This document shows positions 26,291 through 39,389 of a DNA stretch of 64,000 nucleotides, in pieces. A program made the translations under genes and the position numbers. Each line of letters opens with the position of its first letter. The first letter of the stretch is position 1. The notes below the pieces were generated by a model, which did not search any database, was not told the DNA's origin, and worked only from the letters and a program-made list of their open reading frames with translations. The stretch is from Octopus bimaculoides (Eukaryota), in assembly GCF_001194135.2 (NCBI RefSeq), contig NC_068990.1, positions 16,261,937-16,325,936 on the forward strand, written 5' to 3'.

Positions 26291-28038
26291 GTAAGTTTCC
26301 TTTTAATTCTATACAAACACAGCTTGTCATCTCTTGACTATTGCATGCAACCCTAAATTCAGAAGGTATTTATGTCTTTTCCCAAAATATTAAGAAATAT
26401 TTCAGATACACATTGGCATTTCATAAAGTTGAGGAGAATGTTGAATTGTATTTCATATGAAATAAACTATGTGCATTTCTTATTTATTTATTTCACTATT
26501 TCTAGGAAATGAACTAAATTACTTTGAACCATATATGTTTCTTCTTTCTGTTATCTTTGTTATTGTTGAGCTAGTCCTATTTGATGTATAGTGGTATAAA
26601 AATATAATCTAAATGGACAATAACAATTATGTTAATTTTATTTATAAGTTTGTTGTAATAACTAATGTGAAAATCTTTGAACTAATTTTGTATCTATTTG
26701 GATATCTAAGTTAAGGTAGTTTATATACATACATATACACATACACACCCATATGTATAAATCTAAATTGAAGTCTTTTATATATATATTGATAAACACC
26801 AATATATATATAATATCGGACAAGATGATTCCTGTTTATCTTAATTTCATAAGTTCTGCAGATATTATTGATTGTAATACTGGATAGAATTTTCAGTTAT
26901 ATTCCATAGCTTCTCTCTACCCCCTCTCTTTTCCTGACACTCACATACACACACACACTGCAGGCACAAATACTTACACATAATCTCACTTGTATACATC
27001 AGAGACATAACAGGTTCAGTTGATAGCATGCTGGTCAGTCACCCAAAGGATCCAGAGTTCATATTCTAGTGTTAATACTGTGCTATGGACTTTTTTTCTC
27101 ATCAATAATCCTGGGCTATAATTCTGGCGAAACACATCCTCACCCATATTTCTAATCTTTATTGTTAAGGTAAACCTCAATGCTACTGTTATAAGAATTT
27201 GGGAAAATTGGTGAAACAGTGTTTTGCAATTGGAGTGCTTCTCCTGGAATCAGCCTTCAAACCATGGTGAACTAATATGAAATACTTCCTTATTTTCAAA
27301 TCTGACTGGAACAGAAGCAATATGTTTTATCAGGAATATGGTAACAAAAGTGTTAAGTAGATTATGTTTCCAAGCAAGGTAATATTTCCTTCTGGTCAGA
27401 TATGGTTTTTATTGGAAGATCAGAAACAAACAACATCACTTGTATGACAGTGACACTCATTTACAACCATCGTGATGTGAACACAAGATGCGCATGCATG
27501 CGTGTGTGCACACAGTGGATTTCTTTTAGTTTCTGTTTACCAGATCCACTTGCAAGAATTTGGTTGGGTTAGGGATATAGTAGATGACCCTTGTCCAGTG
27601 TGCTATACTGTGAGACAACCTGAGACCACATGGTTGAGAAGCAAACTTCTTAATCCCCACAGCCATATCCACACCTATGAAATGCATGTGATAATGAAAT
27701 TTCTCATTTATTTATCTTTAACAATTCAAATGATCTGAATGGAGAAGATTATAATGATGTCTTTATTTCTCAATCACAATGTTCTCAATAGTTAAATGTC
27801 TTTTACAGAGAAAATTCATTTAATATGGAGTTCACCTTAAAATTCACCCTAGAATCACACTTGTTTCAATGACAACTGCATGCGCTGTGCATTATGAAAT
27901 GAATCTCTGCTCATCATAAAGTCATAGTAATCTGTCACTATTAAGAATATCAACAAGGGTCCTGTTCAAAAGTATTTCTTTGGTGGTTGTCAAATGAAAT
28001 GCAGTTTCTAACCATCAACAATTATTAGAAATCAGTAA

Positions 28039-28745
28039 ATTATTATTATTATTATTGAAGACATTGCACAGTATCCAATATTGTGATGTTGATTGAAGAT
28101 ATTGTGTGTACCAGGGATTTGAACTGCCTGTCAAGTCACAATAAGGACCTCAGACTGACCACACTTTATGCAGTATGCTTACAGTTCCAAGAAAAGTTGG
28201 TCTTTGTAATACACCGAAATCATAGAGCATTTCTGAAGTGTGTAGATGTTTCTTCAGGTTTGGTGGTATTGAACCCAATGCTCTAATGAAACAGGAACAA
28301 ACTTTGTTTGATTCTTGCAGCTGCCACAACTTGGCAATCTCAATTTTCAGGTCTTCATATTTGTCGACCTTTTCTCTTTCTTTCAATGTTTTGCACTACC
28401 TTGTCATGCCTGTGCTTGTACTCCTTCTGTGCAAGACTTTCACAAGCACTAACAATGTGAGTCACACTTTCGACCCTCGTCCCACACATTCCGCAGAGGT
28501 TTGTTGTACTTGTGTGGTATATATCCCTTTTCACTGAGTTGGTATTCAATACCTGGTCTTGGGTAGCAATGATTAGGCTTTCAGTCTTCTTTTTAAGGTC
28601 ACTTTTGCTGAGCCACATCCATGATGCTTCCTGGTCTTTTAATTGTTAGTTTCACAGTGGAACTGACCATGTAATTCCATGTGGCATAGTGTTCTTTCTC
28701 TCTCGTTGGCTATTCATGATCAAAATTCATTAGCACTCAGCTCTT
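28039..28745 (-). mobile_element. 3' part of an R4/Dong-like non-LTR retrotransposon (zinc knuckle, restriction-like endonuclease remnant, (AAT)n tail)
   Basis: WLSKSDLKKKTESLIIATQDQVLNT, CGMCGTRVESVTHIVSAC..LAQKEYKHRHDKV, KEREKVDKYEDLKIEIAKLW and ALGSIPPNLKKHL. Ends in (AAT)n at 28039-28056. Confidence 0.85.
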
Positions 28746-29729
28746 TCTGCATCTGTCTACCTGTCTTTCTGTCTGTGTGTCTGTATCTCCATCTATCTGT
28801 AATTCTGTCTCCCTATCAATCAGCCAATCATATTTTCAAGACTATATAACAATGCCAATCATTCTTGTTAAAAGGTTAAATCTGATCTTTTATTGATTTA
28901 TTTTTTTCTTATTTTACACCTTTCGTTCAGAATGATTTTATTAACAGTTTCCTCCTCAATTCAAACTCAATATTGACAGATTTAAACCCATATCATGAAT
29001 TAAGCTATAATAACATATTCACTTAAAATATATCACTTGCTATAAGGGACAAGTGTAAAACATTATTTTCTATAATCAACATATACCAAATTTTCTATAA
29101 CTTTGGTATTTTTTCATTAATCATCTTATTCACATTATCAATTATCTTTATCTGTTTCTAACCCTTAATGATCACTGTTTACTTTCATCATCATTTTAAC
29201 GACCACTTTTCCATGCTTGCGTGGATCAGATGGAATTTGTTGAAGCAGATTTTCTACATTTGGATGCTCTTCCTATTGTCAACCCTCAGCTGTTTCCAAG
29301 AAAGGTATTTTTTTCCACATGGCTGAACACATTTTTCACAGAAGACTGGAAATGATTACCGTTGCTTGTGTGATGGTGATGCTTGTTTAAAACCAATATG
29401 TGACACCAGGACAAGGGTGTGCGCATGTGCGTGTGCACACACACACACACACAACATAACATACCCATCATCATTTAAAGTTTGTGTTCCATGCTGGCAT
29501 GTGTTGGACAGTTTGGCAGAATCTGATGGGTTCAAGGACTGCCTCAAATTCCATTGTCTGTTTTGGCTTGGTTTTTACAGCCGGATGCCCTTTCTGTTTC
29601 CAACCACTTTATAGTATATACTTGGCGGATTTTTCTTACCACCAGTAAACAAGTCAAGTTGCTATGTAGCTTGCAAGACTACAAACACCGAGGGGGAGGC
29701 AGCTTAATGCTAGGAATGGGGTTGGTGGC

Positions 29730-29957
29730 TTAACCCTTTAGCATTTAAACCGTCCCTATCTGGCCAAAATATTCCATTTGTTTTATGTTCAAAACTGACC
29801 AGATCCAAACTCTCACACTTACCCTGCAATGTTATTCTACATTACACAATCACATCATTGAAATCTGAAGGATATGAGATAATGCAGGATTAATTCAAAA
29901 CAATGTGAATCAATAAGCATTACGTTTGATTGAATAACCTGAACCCTAAAGGATTAA
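29730..29957 (+). mobile_element. TTAA-ended MITE, family C
   Basis: ttaaccctttagcattt...accctaaaggattaa termini. Confidence 0.78.
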
Positions 29958-31130
29958 AGTATTAGAAGAGCGGGGGGGGGGGGTATATGGCAGAGCAGTT
30001 TTTTGCTGTAGAGGAGCCATATGACCACTCACATCTTGAAGTGAGGGTGTGGATGAGCAAGTGTAGCTGGAAAGAGTTAAGGTAGTGACGATGAGATATC
30101 CGGGTTGCCTCTTAAGGTATGAGGTGAATAGGAGGGCCCAGGGTGGGTGGGAGTTGCAAGAGTATATGGCGGGGAGAGTTGAGAGATGGAAAGAAACACA
30201 GGGGAGGGAGTTAAAAACTGTAAAAATTGGATGTGGTGAGTGATGGACAGGCTTCTTTTAGTTTCCATCTACCAAATTCACTCACAAAGCTTTGGTCAGC
30301 TCAGGGCTATAGTAGAAGCTACTTGCCCAAAGTGCCACTCAGTGGGACTGAATCTATCACTCTCTTTCTTTGTCTCTCATAGATAACTCAGACACTTGAT
30401 GCTAGAGAAAAACATGTATTTATTTTTCTAATGGAACCAAACTATAACATAAGAGACACATCACACTGAGTGGAATACATTTTATTTTTTGTTTCTGTCT
30501 TGTTTTCTTTATATTTTATATTTGTTATGACTCCATGGTAAATAAAATCTGCACTTTCTCCAGTGAATGATAAATAAATGACTGATTGCGATTTCATCAG
30601 TAAATAGTGAATTTGAGCGGGACATGCACACACTAATGCTCACATACACACACAGAGACACGCACATATATATGTATGTATGTATATATATATTTAAGTA
30701 TTCATTTATATGTATGTGCATACATATATACATACACATATATACACTAAGAAACAAGACTTAACTAATTCAGTCCCAAACTGCATATCATTAAATCTGT
30801 ACACTGATCCAGAAAGATTTTAGATTAATGAATAGTAATAATAATAATAATAATAATAATTATAAATACTTGGTTGTTTTTCTTGCCAGCTTTCAATGTT
30901 TGTGTCTATTTGGAAAGCAGTCCAACAAATCCGTGACTTTGCAATGGTTTAGATTAAAATGTTTTCTTTACACATATTTTAAAAACAAGTTACAGTCAGA
31001 CACTAATGAATAGACCGGCACTTTAATATGTGCACTGTTTTCACATCTCTCTGTTGGCACATACCTAGGAATATATATATATACACATGCACACGCATGC
31101 ACACACACATTGTAAGTATATGTGTGGTGG

Positions 31131-31184
<54 letters not shown>

Positions 31185-31745
31185 GCACAAATTCAAGTGT
31201 GTGTGTGTGTATCTTAATGCATACATGTGTACATACATGTGCATCTGTACATAATTCCATGTTTTATTTATAGACACATGTATTTTGTTTATTAGTTCAT
31301 GTAAAAGAAGGCCAGCTTCTGTCAACATTCTTAAGCTCTTCTAGCATAGAGGAATCAGTCATTAACGGCAAAAGCAATTATTTTTTTTTAAATTGAAACT
31401 ATATCACATATACAGAGAGAAAGTCTCATAAAGATATGCCTGAAAGGCCACCCTGACACCTCATCACTGATATTTTATCTCTTTCCAGCTCCACTCCCAT
31501 CCACTCTTCTGTGAGTCGCTGTGTAACTCCCCAACAGCAAGAAATGTTCTGGTTCCTCCTTTCATACTTTTATTTCTCATCTTTTAGCATAAAGGCACCT
31601 CTTTCTACTGCAGCCTCATCTCTTACAGATGCATGTGTATGTACACATATGCATTAGGATACATGCACACAGACACACACATATATTTACATGTTTTTAT
31701 ATGGAGACACAGACACACATGAATTTGAGTGTATGTATATAACTG

Positions 31746-31776
<31 letters not shown>

Positions 31777-33588
31777 GCCACCACACATATACGTATGGCT
31801 ACAGTGATGTATATATGTAGAGGGTCTTGCAAGCTCCATGGTGAGTTCACTAGTGCTGCTGCCATGAAGAAGAAAAGAAATAATATAGCATCCCACACAC
31901 TTTGTGAAGTGGTTGGCATTGGGAAGAATACCAGCTGTAGGGGGACCCTGGTAAAGCAGACATTATGCATTGTTTGAACCCATCAGATTCTGTCAGACAA
32001 TCCAAGCAATGGCAGCATGGAATATGGATGTTAAATGATAGTGACTTGCATAAACACATTTTGATTCTATACCAAAATCTTTCATGAGAATATCTTTGTA
32101 ATACGTATTTCATGTAGAATACTAGATGCAATCATCATTGTTTAATGTTCACTTTTACTTGCTCCTTTGGATCAGTAGCAGATTTTCTATAACCAGATGT
32201 CCGTCTTGTCTTCAATCCTCATCTGTTTCCAAATAAGATAATATTTCTCCATGACCAGATTTATTTTTCATGAAAGACTGGAAATAAACATCATCACTTG
32301 TATGATGGTGATGTTTGTTTTACAACCATCAAGAGATGTCAAGACAAGGGCATATGCACGCATGTTCACGCGCGCGCGCGCGCGCACACACCCACACACA
32401 CACCAAATGTACTCACAAAGCATTGGTTTGCCTGGAGCTATAGAAGTTATTTCCACAAGGTACTATGCAGTGGGACTGAACACAAAACCACATGGCTTAT
32501 AAGAGAGCTTCTTAAGTACACAGCCACACATGCACCTATAAAATGATTTCTTTTTTTTTTTAGCACTTTTCTCATTGCTTCCAAGAAGATTTTGGATGGC
32601 ATTGATCACTTCTCTGTCTTAAAAACGTTGATGTTGTTTATCCTTGATATTTTTAGGATAAACATTGATATTGGTGTTAGATAAACATTATTTCATTCTC
32701 CTTCAACATTTCCACTCTTGATTCTGTTCGACCCATTTTCTTAACTTATTCTTGAGGAATAATAGTGTGTTAAAGGCTGTGGGCATAGGAAGTTTTCTTT
32801 CCTAGCCCCATGGTTTCAGGTTCAGTCTCACTGCATGATACCTTGGGAGTGGGGAAATATCTTCTAATAGAGCCCCATGCTGTCCAGTGCCTAGGGAAAC
32901 TGGTTTGAAGCCTATTGTATGTGGGTGTTTTTGTTTTTCTCTCCATTTCTTGGTAACCATTGTTGGGTTGTTTACATCCGCATAACAAAGCGGTTCCTTT
33001 CTGGGAACTAGTAGAATAAGTGCCAGACTTAAAAAATAAAAAAGTACCGGGGTCTGTTTGATTGATGAAACCTTTCAAGGCAGTGCCCCAGTATGGGCAC
33101 ATATAATAACTGAAGCAAAACAACATGTGAAGACAGTAGAGCAACTTTTGAGTCACTTTACATAAATCTACAAATGCCTTACCCTGACTTGCAAGTAACT
33201 TTAGAGACAAGTGAACAGCTGAAGGTCTTCACAGAAAACATCCCACCTTGCTTTATGGATGTCTTTTTGCCCTTAGATTCTTAACTTTTTTTCCCCTTAA
33301 CTTCTCTAAGGGGACTGAACACACTCATATTATGATTCCTGGATACCCTTGGACTGCCACATTTTGTGCAACTATTTGCCTTTTCACCTACTACTTTCTA
33401 GGTGGTCAGGTGTCTTGGGGTCAAAATATCTTGGATGTTGTAACCACTTCAGCCAGAGACACCACTTGTACATAAGTCATACAGGGCAATGTACATGGCC
33501 AAAAGAAGGCAATAGTAAACAAAATTTATATATACATACATGTGTGTGTGTGTTTATGTCTGTGTTAGTTGACAACCAATGTTGGTGT

Positions 33589-33816
33589 TACAGTTCTATG
33601 GCATAGTGGTTAAGAGCGTGGGCTACTAACCCCAAGATTCCGAGTTCGATTCCAGGCTGTGACCAGAATAATAATAATAATAATAATAATTACATCGAAA
33701 AATACCTTAGAAATGAGAACTTAGGTTCGAAATTTCCCCAAGACACCCAATGAAGGCTGAAACGTATTAACAACAAACATGATGAGGACAAATATCCGTC
33801 AAATGTAAATAATGTG
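33589..33816 (+). mobile_element. tRNA-headed short element with a 12-bp TSD, nested in a family A SINE
   Basis: A box tggcatagtgg (33599-33609), B box gagttcgattcc (33642-33653), internal (AAT)n. Direct repeat caatgttggtgt at 33577-33588 and 33817-33828. Confidence 0.8.
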
Positions 33817-34451
33817 CAATGTTGGTGTGTTTACATCTCTGTAACTTAGCAGTTTGGCAAAAGAGACTGATAGAATAAATACTAGGTTAAAAAAATAAGA
33901 CTAAAAGTTCTTCAAGGCTGTGCCCCAGCATGGCTGCAGTTTAATGACTGAAACAAGCAAAAGATAAAAAATGTGTATATATATATATATGAAGTGGAAC
34001 AGTAGAATTCAAAGAAATCTGTGATGTTGTGTCATCATCATTGTTTAATGTCCATGCTGTTTTGAGTTGAGAAAATATAAAATTCAAAAAGTTTGCAAAG
34101 TAGAAAGAATTAGTTTTTTGTGTGAATAATGTGTTCTACTTTGTGAAACTTCTTGTTTAGATATATTTTCATCATTCTTTATACATGCATGTCATACAGC
34201 TTGCCTGGCTGGTTGTTATTGCATTAACCATTTCAAAATATGCAAGTGTTATATTTCCACAGATAATATGTAATTTATATCTGTCTATCTTTTTACTTAC
34301 TTATAATAAATAATAGATTGTTATGAAATAATTCATTCCAACTCCATTTTAGAGTCTCTATGTTTCTAAAAATAATAATTTCTTTTTCATGTTTTTTTTT
34401 TAAAATCATTTCCATTTTTGTATTTGGTTTGCAAGATTCTTGATGTGAAAC

Positions 34452-34667
34452 AAATTTTGTTGTCTTGGGTAAGTCATTACACTGGTAATAATAATAACAT
34501 ATGCACAGGTTCAGTTCCACTTCTTTATTAGTCAATTGGTTAAATATCTCACTAACTAACTAATCAATCATATGTTTAATGTGTTGGTTAAACAATGAAC
34601 CAATTGATTGAACCTGTGCATGTATTATCATTATTGGCATAATGGCTCTCCCAAGACAACAAAATTT
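34452..34667. mobile_element. Foldback/MITE-like element with about 60-bp imperfect inverted repeats; related copy near 52620-52820
   Basis: aaattttgttgtcttggg...catatgcacaggttca (34452-34515) is complementary to tgaacctgtgcatg...cccaagacaacaaaattt (34607-34667). Confidence 0.7.
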
Positions 34668-37600
34668 TAAAAATCATTTCTCTGTCAAAACTTCAGGGAT
34701 ATAATATTTTAGGATGTTTTTTTTTTATGATGAGGTACTTGGCTAACTAAAATGTCTGTGTAGTACCTAGTGTCTACAAGATTAACACTTTTGCCACCAT
34801 ATTCTTGCCTATGTATTAATGAATTTTGAAGACTTGATAATATAAACTTGTTATTATTAATCTGGTCTAAGGCAGTGGGCTGGCAGAACTGTTCGTACAC
34901 TGGACAAAATGCTTAATGGCATTTCATATACCTTTACATTCTGAGTTCAAATTCCACCAAGGTCAACTTTGTCTTTCATCCTTTCGAGGTTGATGAAATA
35001 AATACCATTTGAGCACTGGGGTCAATGTAATCAACTTAATCCCTCCCCCGAAATTTCAGGCATTGTGCCCTAGAGTAGAAAAGATTATTATTCTGATATT
35101 TGGAACATAGCTCAATATTAAATTTTGCTAAAAGGTTTTCAGATCCCTTTAAAGCATGGAATTTGTATCATAGAACCAGGGATGGTTTCAAAACTAACAG
35201 ACTAATGTCTTGTGATGTTCAGTTTGAGGACATGATCTTTATGTTAGTAGCTCAGCACTTCTACCATGGAGATGGCACACCTTAATTTAATTTAAAATAT
35301 TATAAGCTCACTTTTTTTTTTTAATCATCATTCATCATCATTTTAACATTCACTCTCCCATGCTTGCACAAGCTGGACAGAATTCATTGAGGCAAATTTT
35401 CTACAACTGAATACCTTTCCTGTCACCAACCCTCACCTGCTTTCGACTAAGGTGATATTTCCCCTTGGCCAGCTGGACATGTTTTCATGGAAACATTACT
35501 TGTATGACAGTGACACTCATTTACAACTATCACACGATGTCAAGATAAGGAGACATAAACAGAGAGAGAGGGAGAGAAAGGGAGGAGGGATTTTTTAAAT
35601 TTCCATCTACCAAATTCACTCGTGCGGCTTTGGTCAGCCCAGTGCTATAGTAGATACTTGTCCAATGTGCTTTGCAGTGGGGTTGATCCCTAAGCCATAT
35701 GATTGGGAAGCGAACTTCTTAACCACACAACTAGGCAAAAAAAGAAAAAGAAAGAAAAAAACATAGTTACAAACCCAGCAGTTAAAAAATTTCTATAAAA
35801 GATAACACTTCAAGCTGAGCGTAAGTTATACCCAATATATTCTAATGTACAATATATTTGGTTATGGTTGTTATTTAGTCAAGCAAAAGCAACTAGAAAG
35901 AAATGTGCTTTTCCCTATATGTATGTATGTATGTATATAAATTTTGTTGGTTTTTATGTTGTGTATTGTATGTTTCTGATAGCTTTGCAAATTGCTGACA
36001 ATTATTATACCTTCTAAACAGTGAAAAGTGATTCATAATGGTTGACTCAGCACAACAACATTCTCTAACTTTCATGGTCTATGGGTTTGTTATCTGGTCA
36101 TACATCATTGTATTGCACTGTGTCTATGGGCAAGGCAATAAATTTCCTTGCTTTAACTTTCTAGCTTTGTTAGGAGAAACATTTGAAATACTTTCTTTGT
36201 AGGAATCGACACAGTTTAAATTATGCAAGGATGAGATTTTCATTGTTTTCAAACAAAGGATATAGTATCAATGAAGTTTTATTAACTTCAGGAATTACAT
36301 TGAAATTACCAGTACTTGACTTGTACTTTAATTTCTTTATTTTATTGACCCTGAAAGGTTGAAAGGCAAAGTTAACCTCAGCAAGGATGTAATGAGTCAG
36401 AAGAAATACTACCAAAGATTTTCTTTACTTCTCTAACAATCCTGCCATTCCATTGCCTTAAAAATGATAATTGTTTTAATGTCTGTTTCTCCATGCTTGC
36501 AAAGGTCAGATGGAGTTAATTAAGCAGATTTTGCATGGCTGCATATTCTGCCTGTTGCCACCTCTCACCTGTTTCTAAACAAGGTAATATTTCCCCAGGG
36601 CCAGACATGTTTTCACTGAAGATTGGAAATGAATTACACTGCTTTTATAACAGTGACACTCCTTTACAACTATTAATAGATGTCAAAACAAGGAGATACA
36701 AACACACACACATGTATGTACGACAGGTGTCTTTCAGTTTCTACCAAATCACTTCACAATGCTTTGCCCAGCCCAGATCTAAAGTAGAAGATACCTAAGC
36801 TGCTATGCAGTGGGACTGAACCTGAAGCTATGTGGTTGGAAAACAAACTCCTGAAATTCTGGGAGAAGGGCTAGTTCATTGCAATAGCCCCTGAGCTCAA
36901 CTGGTACTTATTTTATCAATCTCCAAAGAATGAAAGGCTAAGCCAACTTCAGTACAATTTGAACTCGGAGACGGATGAAATGCTGCCAAGCCTTTTGCCC
37001 AGTGTGCTCACGATTCTGCAAACTCACCATCTTAATAATAATAAATAATGAGTTTCTGTTTTAGGCACAGGACCAACAGTTTTGAGGGGAAGGTGTAAGT
37101 CGATACCATCAATCTTAGTATTGGGCTGATGCTTTACTTTATTGAGAATTTATTCATGTTAATATGTCTACTCCTGATATTCTTACATACATGAACATTA
37201 GCACACACACATACACACCTACCTACAATATAACCTCTTGCTGTTTTTTCTAGACTCCACTTGCAACCCATTGCATTACTCACTAGGTGTTACTTCACAC
37301 CAACTCAGCAGTTTCTCAACACACACATCGTTCGTGTGTGTGTTTGTGTACACACACACTCACTTGTTCCTGCATGTCTATACATTTAACAAAAGGGCTA
37401 TGGAGTATAAATCAATGCAAATTAATAGTTTGTTCCACCTACTATATTAAGATATCATTAACCTTTCTGTTTTACTGATCTGCAAGAAGCCAGCTTAATC
37501 CAAGCTATATAATCTGCTTTAGGGTTCAAATAGAGTTAACCCTCAGTTAAACTGGATCAGCTGTCAGCTAGTTTACAACTCAACTTACACATTCATAGTA

Positions 37601-37720
37601 CTTTCTCACTCATTATTAGTGTCGACTTCACATGTTTATCAAGTGGCCTTTAATCCTCTTCTTTCCTTCCTTTCTTTCTCTTTTCCTCCTCCCCTCCTTT
37701 TCCCACTTCTTCTTCTTCTT

Positions 37721-37723
<3 letters not shown>

Positions 37724-37788
<65 letters not shown>

Positions 37789-37812
37789 CATTATTATTAT
37801 TATTATTATTAT
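37724..37812. repeat. (ATT)n microsatellite with atc interruptions
   Basis: Read directly; source of the poly-I/L/N ORFs. Confidence 0.97.
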
Positions 37813-38149
37813 CATCCTCTTTCAATTTTGTTTCCATTTCTTGCCAATTGTCTCCTTGACACCTAGGGCAAAGAAACTCACTGTATATATCGATAGACCA
37901 TTAAAATAAAAACACCAGATTGTTCATTTACAAAGTCATGTGATAGAAAAAAGGGAAAGAAAGAGAGAAAAAGGAAAGAAGAAAATTTTTTTGTAAAAAT
38001 GAAAAAGAAAAGAGGGAAAAAAGGAAAGAAAATTCACAGCGCCAGTGCTCTTCTCAATACGTGTGACCAGTCACCAGTTAAGACAATCTTATGCCTGGAT
38101 GGTAAGCCAGGGATCATCCTCAAAAATTTTTTCAGTTCTTCTTTTCTTT

Positions 38150-39055
38150 TCCTAATCATTAGCATGTGAAACAGAGTGCTTAGCAGCATTTCTTCTGACT
38201 TCACATTCTAAGTTCAAATGCCACTGGGGTTGACTTTGCTTTTCATCCTTTCAGGGTGGATGAAATAAGTACCAGTCAAGCACTGGAGTCAATATATTTA
38301 ATTACCCCCTTCCCCACCAGAATTTTAAGCCTTTATCCTTATAACACAAGGTATGATTATTATTATTATTATTATTAGTAGTAGTAGTAAGGCAACAAGC
38401 TGGCAGAGTCATTAGCACACTGAGCAAAATGCTTTGCAGTATTTCATGTCTTCACAGTCTAAGTTCAAATTCCACCAAGGTCGACATTGCTTTTCATCCT
38501 TTCAGGCTCAGTAAAATAGTACCAGTTGAGTACTGGGGTTCACATAATTGACTTAGCCCACCCCAAAATTGCTGGCCTTGTGCCAAAATTTGAAACCATT
38601 ATTATTATTGTTATTATTATTATTAGTAGTAGTAGTAGTAGTAGTAATAGTAGTAGTAGTAAAGTGGCAAGCTAGCAGAATCATTAATGCATTGAACAAA
38701 ATGCTTTGCAATATTTATTCCAGATTTCTACATTCTGAGTTCAAATCTTTGCTTTTCATCCTTTCAGGGTTGATAAAATAAAGTACAAGTCAAGTACAAA
38801 TCTCTGCCTAAATTTGAAACAATTATTATAATTAAGTCAATGCATTGGCAGGATCGTTAGCACATCAGGAAAATTTTCTCGGGGTATTTCTTCTGGCTCG
38901 TTACATTCTAGGTTCAAATTCTGTTGAAGTTAATCTTGCCTTTTATTCTTTAAAGATCAGTAAAATAAAGAAACTGAAGTACCAGTCAAATAATGAGGTC
39001 AATGGAATCAATTACCCCTTCCCCAAATTTCTGGTCTTGAGTCTGTATCAGAAAC
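38150..39055 (+). mobile_element. Head-to-tail array of four family B SINEs separated by (ATT)n/(AGT)n
   Basis: Four successive copies, each with a gttcaaat B-box-like motif and a tttcatcctttcaggg-like core (more decayed in the fourth copy), separated by microsatellites. Confidence 0.8.
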
Positions 39056-39389
39056 AAATGGGTAGATGATAATTATATAGAATCTTATCAGGTGGATTCT
39101 ACTTGGAATTCAAAAGGCTCAGCCTTGTCATATACACACTGAGTCAACCACTTGTATGTTAATTCAGGGGCAGGTAATTTAGTAGATCAAACAACTGAAT
39201 CCTCATTGTTAAATGTCAGTAATCCACTATATCATGGTACCTAGTGTTCAGTTATTCTAGTCATCAAAATTTTCTACAATTTTGGGCTTACCAAGTTCAT
39301 CTGTAGCCTTTTCTGAGACATAATTCTACCACTTGTGTAACGTGTTGTTTCCACACACACACACACATATATATTACAAATGACCAGTG

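Noticed and set aside
31489-31510. 22-nt segment with strong acceptor and gtgagt donor
   Set aside because: Length is not a multiple of 3; it would shift frame between exons C and D without a compensating exon.
33090-33500. Unique-looking segment with ORFs at 33248-33475 and 33349-33606
   Set aside because: No recognisable motif or splice chain; probably a decayed repeat, unassignable.
33597-33665. Functional tRNA gene with an ACT (Ser-like) anticodon
   Set aside because: No good acceptor stem, imperfect anticodon stem, and it sits inside a TSD-flanked element; it is a SINE head.
37254-37286. 33-nt phase-preserving pseudo-exon (YSTCNPLHYSL)
   Set aside because: Weak donor (gtgtta) and no resemblance to Sulf.
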